A stretch of 64,000 nucleotides of DNA from Yuukianura sp. NJ FZ-2021 (taxonomy: Eukaryota): NCBI GenBank assembly GCA_046563655.1, contig CM102285.1, positions 9,734,001 to 9,798,000 of the forward strand, read 5' to 3'. Positions 58,014 through 64,000 of the stretch are shown one piece after another. The translations under genes and the position numbers were made by a program. The first letter of the stretch is position 1, and each line of letters opens with the position of its first letter. The notes beneath the pieces are model-generated. The model had not been told where the DNA came from, searched no databases, and worked only from the letters and a program-made list of their open reading frames with translations.

Positions 58014-58961
58014 CCTTAGCGAGATTTAGACAACTCAAGCAATAATATGACCAGTTCTCAGCTCCAAATTAGTTTCATGTTGCAACGTCTGCGTGACGAT
58101 CGCATGACCTCGTCCGCGACCCCCAAACTTTTTTCTTAAAATTCTGTGACATTTGGTAGAAATTCTGCTAGTCATATTTTGATAGTAGGCGTTTAGTACT
58201 TGTTACAAAAGTTAAGCTCACACGATTATCCACTTGTTAGAGAAAACTAACAAAAATGTGGTAAAATGACATTAATTAAAGCTATAGATCCCGTAGATCC
58301 CTCATCCATCACATCTCTATTTTTTCATTACAACCACAGAACTTAACACTTCCTGTGGACGTGTTGATGATTAATGTGCGGGGTGGTCGGATGTACAGGG
58401 TCAAAGTACAATTGGTGTTAGTTACCTTAACAAGGCATTTTGCAATAAGAATTGGCAAGCGTGTTGGATCCGCGAATCAAAAGGAGTTTGGATAGTGAAA
58501 TGGCCATAGAAGGGAAAAATTAAGGTGTGGTCTCCTTCTCAACAGTGTCTGCAATTCTGCAAAATTCCAATTCATTGTCTTGTCACTCTTGTCACCCTCC
58601 ATTTCCTTTCTCTTTCCAAGCATACCCTCTGCATTTGTTCTTATCTACTCCTCCCTACAGTGAGTAAACACCTCTCAAGAATCTCTGTGTGTGAAAGCGA
58701 AAATTAAAACCAGTTTGTAACGTTTAAGTTTAGTAATTAACTCCGGTTTCTAAAGAAACTGTAAGTCAACTAACAAGTTACAAACAACATCTGTAATAAC
58801 AAAGTACCAGGGTTTACTAATAAACCGGTAAGCGACGTTTGACATTTGGTGCAGTTCGACAGCTGATTCATTGGGAATTCCGTTTTAGAAATTACTAAAA
58901 CCGAGTCATTATTGTTTGAATTTGGATAACTTACAATTTATTTGTCTGTGATAATTACTAA

Positions 58962-59698
<737 letters not shown>

Positions 59699-60181
59699 GA
59701 TTACATTCCATTGATTGACCTCATGGAGACCAGTACTAAACCTTCCAATTTTCTAAATCACTTTATGATCGTTAAGTTTCCTAACTCTGGCTAATTTCAT
59801 TAACATGTATTAAGTTAACTCGCTGATTGATTGAAAATCTAGAACCAGATATTGTAGGACAAAGTTAACCAAAAATGCTTCCGAAGATCAAAATGTTGAG
59901 AGCAATTCTAGACATTTTAATTAAAGTTGATCTGCAATTGATCCTTCAAGCCACAACAATTAAGTGTTATTAATCTAAACCATTTTAGCATTTCCCTTCA
60001 CCTAACCAATTTACTAGTAACTAGGTATTATTTAGGTTTATACTGTCAGTATAATTAATTATGCTCTGAAATACTGCTTATTTACATTTTGTTAACAGCG
60101 GATAAGGCAAGTTAATCACAGTCCTTAGTTGCTAGTACTGATCTAGTATAGTTGAATTCACAGAATTGCTAATATTAATAT

Positions 60182-63100
60182 TTACCCCTCCAAGCACCAA
60201 TCCACGAAGTGCATTCTCACCAGTGTAGATTCGGATCCCATAATTTTGTTCAAAGTTGCAAAATACTTAGCGTTGACTTCCTCCTTGCCTGGTTGCATTG
60301 GTGACATCAGCGTCAGCGCAAGAATCATTTTCTCATCCAAGTAGTTACCACTTGATTGCAACAGTCCAGTTGCCAAGTCCAACTTAAAATCATATTCTTC
60401 TGAATGGTTGTCGCGATCTTGGTTGGTCCAAATGTACCTAATAAAGGTACGGAAAAGCTTAGCCCAGTACGGAAAAATTCCAACCCCGTACTTTCCAATA
60501 GCTTCATCCAGAAGTCTGCCACACAGTTGCCCCTTGACCTCAACAGGTTCGCTTTTGTTTGCATGCATCGCTTCGCTAATCGTCAGGAAAAACCGTAAGG
60601 AGACCAATTCAGCTGCCTCGGTAGCAAAGATATCCAAGTGCTGGATGGCTCGAAACAGTTTCAACAGCTTTTCCGTGTCCAGTTTCGGTTCTTGGGAGGT
60701 TGAAAACGACATTTGGCAAAACGACTGGATAAAGCGAGAAAACATTTTAAAAGACGGCAGTAGTTTCGCCCGAGGCAACTTCTGGACAAACGGTTCTACA
60801 ACTCTCTTTAAGTTCTTGTCCAATATGGCGAGAAACTTCTCTTGGTCGTCGTCTCCCGGGAATTTCAAAAGCGAACGTATCAAAAAATCTCCGTTTCTTT
60901 CAGCTGCAGAATATAAACGTCTGCCCTCAGCATCTTCGGCGGATTCATCTAACATGGATTCTTCGTCCAAGTATGTCAGGAGCCAAGTAGCGGAAAGTCG
61001 TTCAAAATACGTATTCATCCAACCGGAAACGAATTGCGAAAACAACTTCCTCTCGGGGTCCTCCTTGAACTTGCTCCAGAGAAGACTGCCATACGGTTCT
61101 ACTAGATGATCCGGGAGTGTGCTGAATTTTGAAATGAGTGTCAATGGTTCCCTCTCATCAAAAGCAATGGACGGAACTACTACTTCTTGGAAACTAGTCC
61201 AGGCCGATTCGTCAAACTGCAAGCGTTGCAGCATCTCTGTCAATATGACTGTCCGTGTTGTCTGATGTTTATCCTGGCCCCATAACTCCATAAGAAACTT
61301 GCAAACTCCATCGTTCAGTGATATTTCAGCCAGAAACCGAATTCCATGCTTCTTTACTGAAACGGCTGGTCGTTGGCATAATTCCAATAAAAACTTTTGT
61401 ACTTCGACAAGGCTTCCGTTGACGACAATTGAACGAAGTGAGCCCAGAACGAACTTGAGGTAATCACCGGCGCAGAACTGAAGCAGCACTGGAAGTGCTT
61501 GTGTTGGGTACTCCACGTTCTTCAAATTCAGACATACTCCCTTCCGAATCGACATGAAGTCAAGAAAAGCTTCGTCGCTACTTGCTACTGCTACACCATC
61601 GTCGCTTTTCAGCATATCTTCAATCCAAGCCAAGAACTTTTCGGTAGAGAACGTCAAGGACGCAATGCCAATTGCGTACATTTTCTCAGAACCACTGATG
61701 AAGTCGTCTTTAAGCTTTTTAATAGCTGCGTTTTGAATTTGAGCCAAATGCCAAACATATCCATTTTGTTTTAGTAGAGAGATAATTGGACAGTACATTC
61801 TCCAACGACAAGTGAAGAGACAGTCCGAAATAACTGCCCATTTTTCATTGACCATAGCCATGTTACGCTTCAGGAAATAAAGAATTAAGGCTTCATTGTC
61901 ACGGATTGCGGTTAAGCATTCTCCGTACATTGTAATGAAACTTGTATCGGACGTATCTTCTGATAATAATGCTGAACAATGTTGAAAGAAAGCTAGCATC
62001 ACTGGAACTTGAAGATTGCTGTCGATGTCCTCCACCTTCTTAGCGAGTTCGACGAGTTTTGTTCCCAGTTTCGGAAATCGTTTTAGTATGTCCAGATTTG
62101 AAGGCAGATTGAGACTTCCGTTGCGATTTTTGCTTTTGACATGTCGGTTCCAGTCTCGGTACCAGGTGAAAATGGCAAGAAGAAATTTTCCCCAGTCGTC
62201 CTCAGTTTCCAAATTAAGTTTGTCCATCTTCTCGACCATTGTGTCCATCAGAGACAAGTATCTTTCGTTCAGATGTTCGGTCTTAGAAAATGTCCAGTTT
62301 GGACTCCATACTGATAAAGCAGCCATCTTAATTCTGAACAAGACAGACGCAACCCAATCTGACGGTATATTGTTCTCAAGTTGGGCGAAGTAAATCCTTT
62401 CCAATAGAGCCTGCGGAATTTGAATGTAGCGGTTCCTGCTGTCCACATCAACCATGTACAGCTTGAAGATTTCTACAAAGTAGCGCAAAGCATTCGTATC
62501 CAACACCAAGTTTTCAGCATCGAAACAGTTGGATAGGTCGCAAATAAATTTGGCATGAGTGTCTGATCTTTCGTTTCGGTGGCGCCCCACATAGTATTTG
62601 CAAACTTCATTCAACGCGACTCCATCATGGTTAATGTTACAAGTCTTGATAAGGTAGTTCAGAAGTTGCTGTCGCTTGAAGTCCTCGGCTTCCTTGTGAA
62701 TAAGAGCTTTAATGGCTGGAATTGACTTTTCAATTGGTTTGAACATCAGCCATCGCCCTTTGTCTACGGAATCGTAAAATATGCTGGCATTTGCGGATGC
62801 TGATGCTGCCAAATGATTCATCTTCAGATCAGTGTATTCATCTCTATCGGATGCCGAGGAAAACTCAAGCACGGATTCGACGATACAAGATGGATTTTCG
62901 GAAAGAGAAGTTCCATATCGCAATTTGAAGGATTCCTTAAGAAGTTCAGCTTTATCGACAGTTTTGGGGAGACGACGAATCCAGGGAACGGCGTTATACT
63001 CACAACTTTGGAAATCTAAAGTTGTGGACGACAAAGATTCAACAATGAATTTCATGTAAGTTTCCTTCCCGACGAGTCCGAACAGTGTCCTGCTGTGTAG

Positions 63101-63900
63101 TATTCTCCAGTATATCTTGGCTTTGTCCAGGACTCTGTCATAGCATGTGTTCATCAGCATCTTAGTTTGGGACGAACTCAACAGCACGTTGGAATGAGGA
63201 CTTTTTTCAAACAATTCAGCAAATGCAATTGGATCGATCCTTATAATCTTTTGTATTTCGATAGCCCGTGCAGGTAGACTGTCTGGATTCTCCTTGATGT
63301 ACTGGATAGCCAACTTTGGATGCTTTCTGAACAGCCCTTTGAATTGTTGCCGAGTTAATCCAATATGCTTCTTTCTCTGAAGGACGTCAGCTACAAATGG
63401 GGCGCTGCATGCTGGAAGTAAGATGTTGACCACAGTAGGTTCAAGGCATTTTTCAAGCGCTTCATACAACTTGTCACATTTGGACTGATTTTCATGCTTG
63501 GTTGAAATGTGCCGAAGGATTTGATTCCGTATGGTGAATGGCATAACAGGCAGAAGAGTATTGACAAATGTGTCTGCATCGGTGAATGCAGTATCTTGCT
63601 TAAAGATACAGTGATACTTTGATAACCCATACTTGATCAGGCCTGGATCGTCTGCCTTTTTGACGAGGTCAAAGAGGTACTGAATATTCAATGCTTCCAA
63701 TTCACAATCCAGTAGAAGCCTCTTGTACACATACCCAGTTTCCAGTTGCAAGGCTGCTGTAACGAGGCGAAATGAATCCTTGTTCGACGCTGCGAGTTTC
63801 TTTAGTTGATTTCGAACTCTGTACTTCGCATTGAGTGAAATATTTGAGCTTCCAAGGTCTTCCAGTAGTTTTTTGATGGTAGCATTCCGGTCGTCAGAAT
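60182..63900 (-). CDS. Large predicted alpha-helical protein of unknown function (5' exon outside window)
   Basis: The open frame extends upstream of the ORF-track start to an acceptor (TTTTATGTTGCAG) abutting 63900. This gives one exon of about 3.7 kb (about 1239 codons) in a genome of short exons. Confidence 0.85.
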
Positions 63901-64000
63901 CTGCAACATAAAAAAAATACGGATCAAAAGGGACGCTTATTACCTCATTACTATAAAATCACAAACGAACGAAGGAGGAAACAGATCCAAAATTACTAAC

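Noticed and set aside
58325..58400. Hairpin with TGATGA and ACA upstream of the myosin light chain gene as a snoRNA
   Set aside because: Weak pairing, no box D nearby, and no H-box with second hairpin.
60408..61109. 233-aa + strand ORF
   Set aside because: Fully antisense to the much longer minus-strand exon, with Ser-rich composition typical of shadow frames.

Overview
Gene-dense eukaryotic nuclear DNA from a compact animal genome, most likely an arthropod (short, mostly 50-110 nt GT-AG introns; TTAGG repeats; an sqh-type myosin light chain). It is not prokaryotic, so the ORF track mostly shows exon fragments that run on into introns. I can support 23 protein-coding genes. In order: KARS (with a hidden mitochondrial-targeting alternative exon), OTUD6B, RABGGTA, a pancreatic-lipase-like gene, INTS2, RPS10, a CEP85-like coiled-coil gene, ARL1, CPT1, an unassigned membrane sushi/CCP gene, ribokinase, two tandem PQ-loop genes, TIMM21, TMEM231, MPND, an orphan 422-aa ORF, a divergent serine palmitoyltransferase LCB2, MED25, TRMT11, pyruvate dehydrogenase phosphatase, myosin regulatory light chain, and a >1200-aa helical protein of unknown function whose first exon lies outside the window. 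Notable non-coding elements are a double-hairpin candidate structured RNA (about 20.8-21.0 kb), a foldback/MITE element with a TTAGG core (40.5-41.0 kb), an ATCCGGAT-rich repeat, an RFX X-box upstream of TMEM231, and an ecdysone/nuclear-receptor-like site cluster upstream of the SPT gene. No tRNA, rRNA, CRISPR array or transposase gene was recognised. Gene models were assembled by eye and family assignments come from recalled motifs, not database searches.
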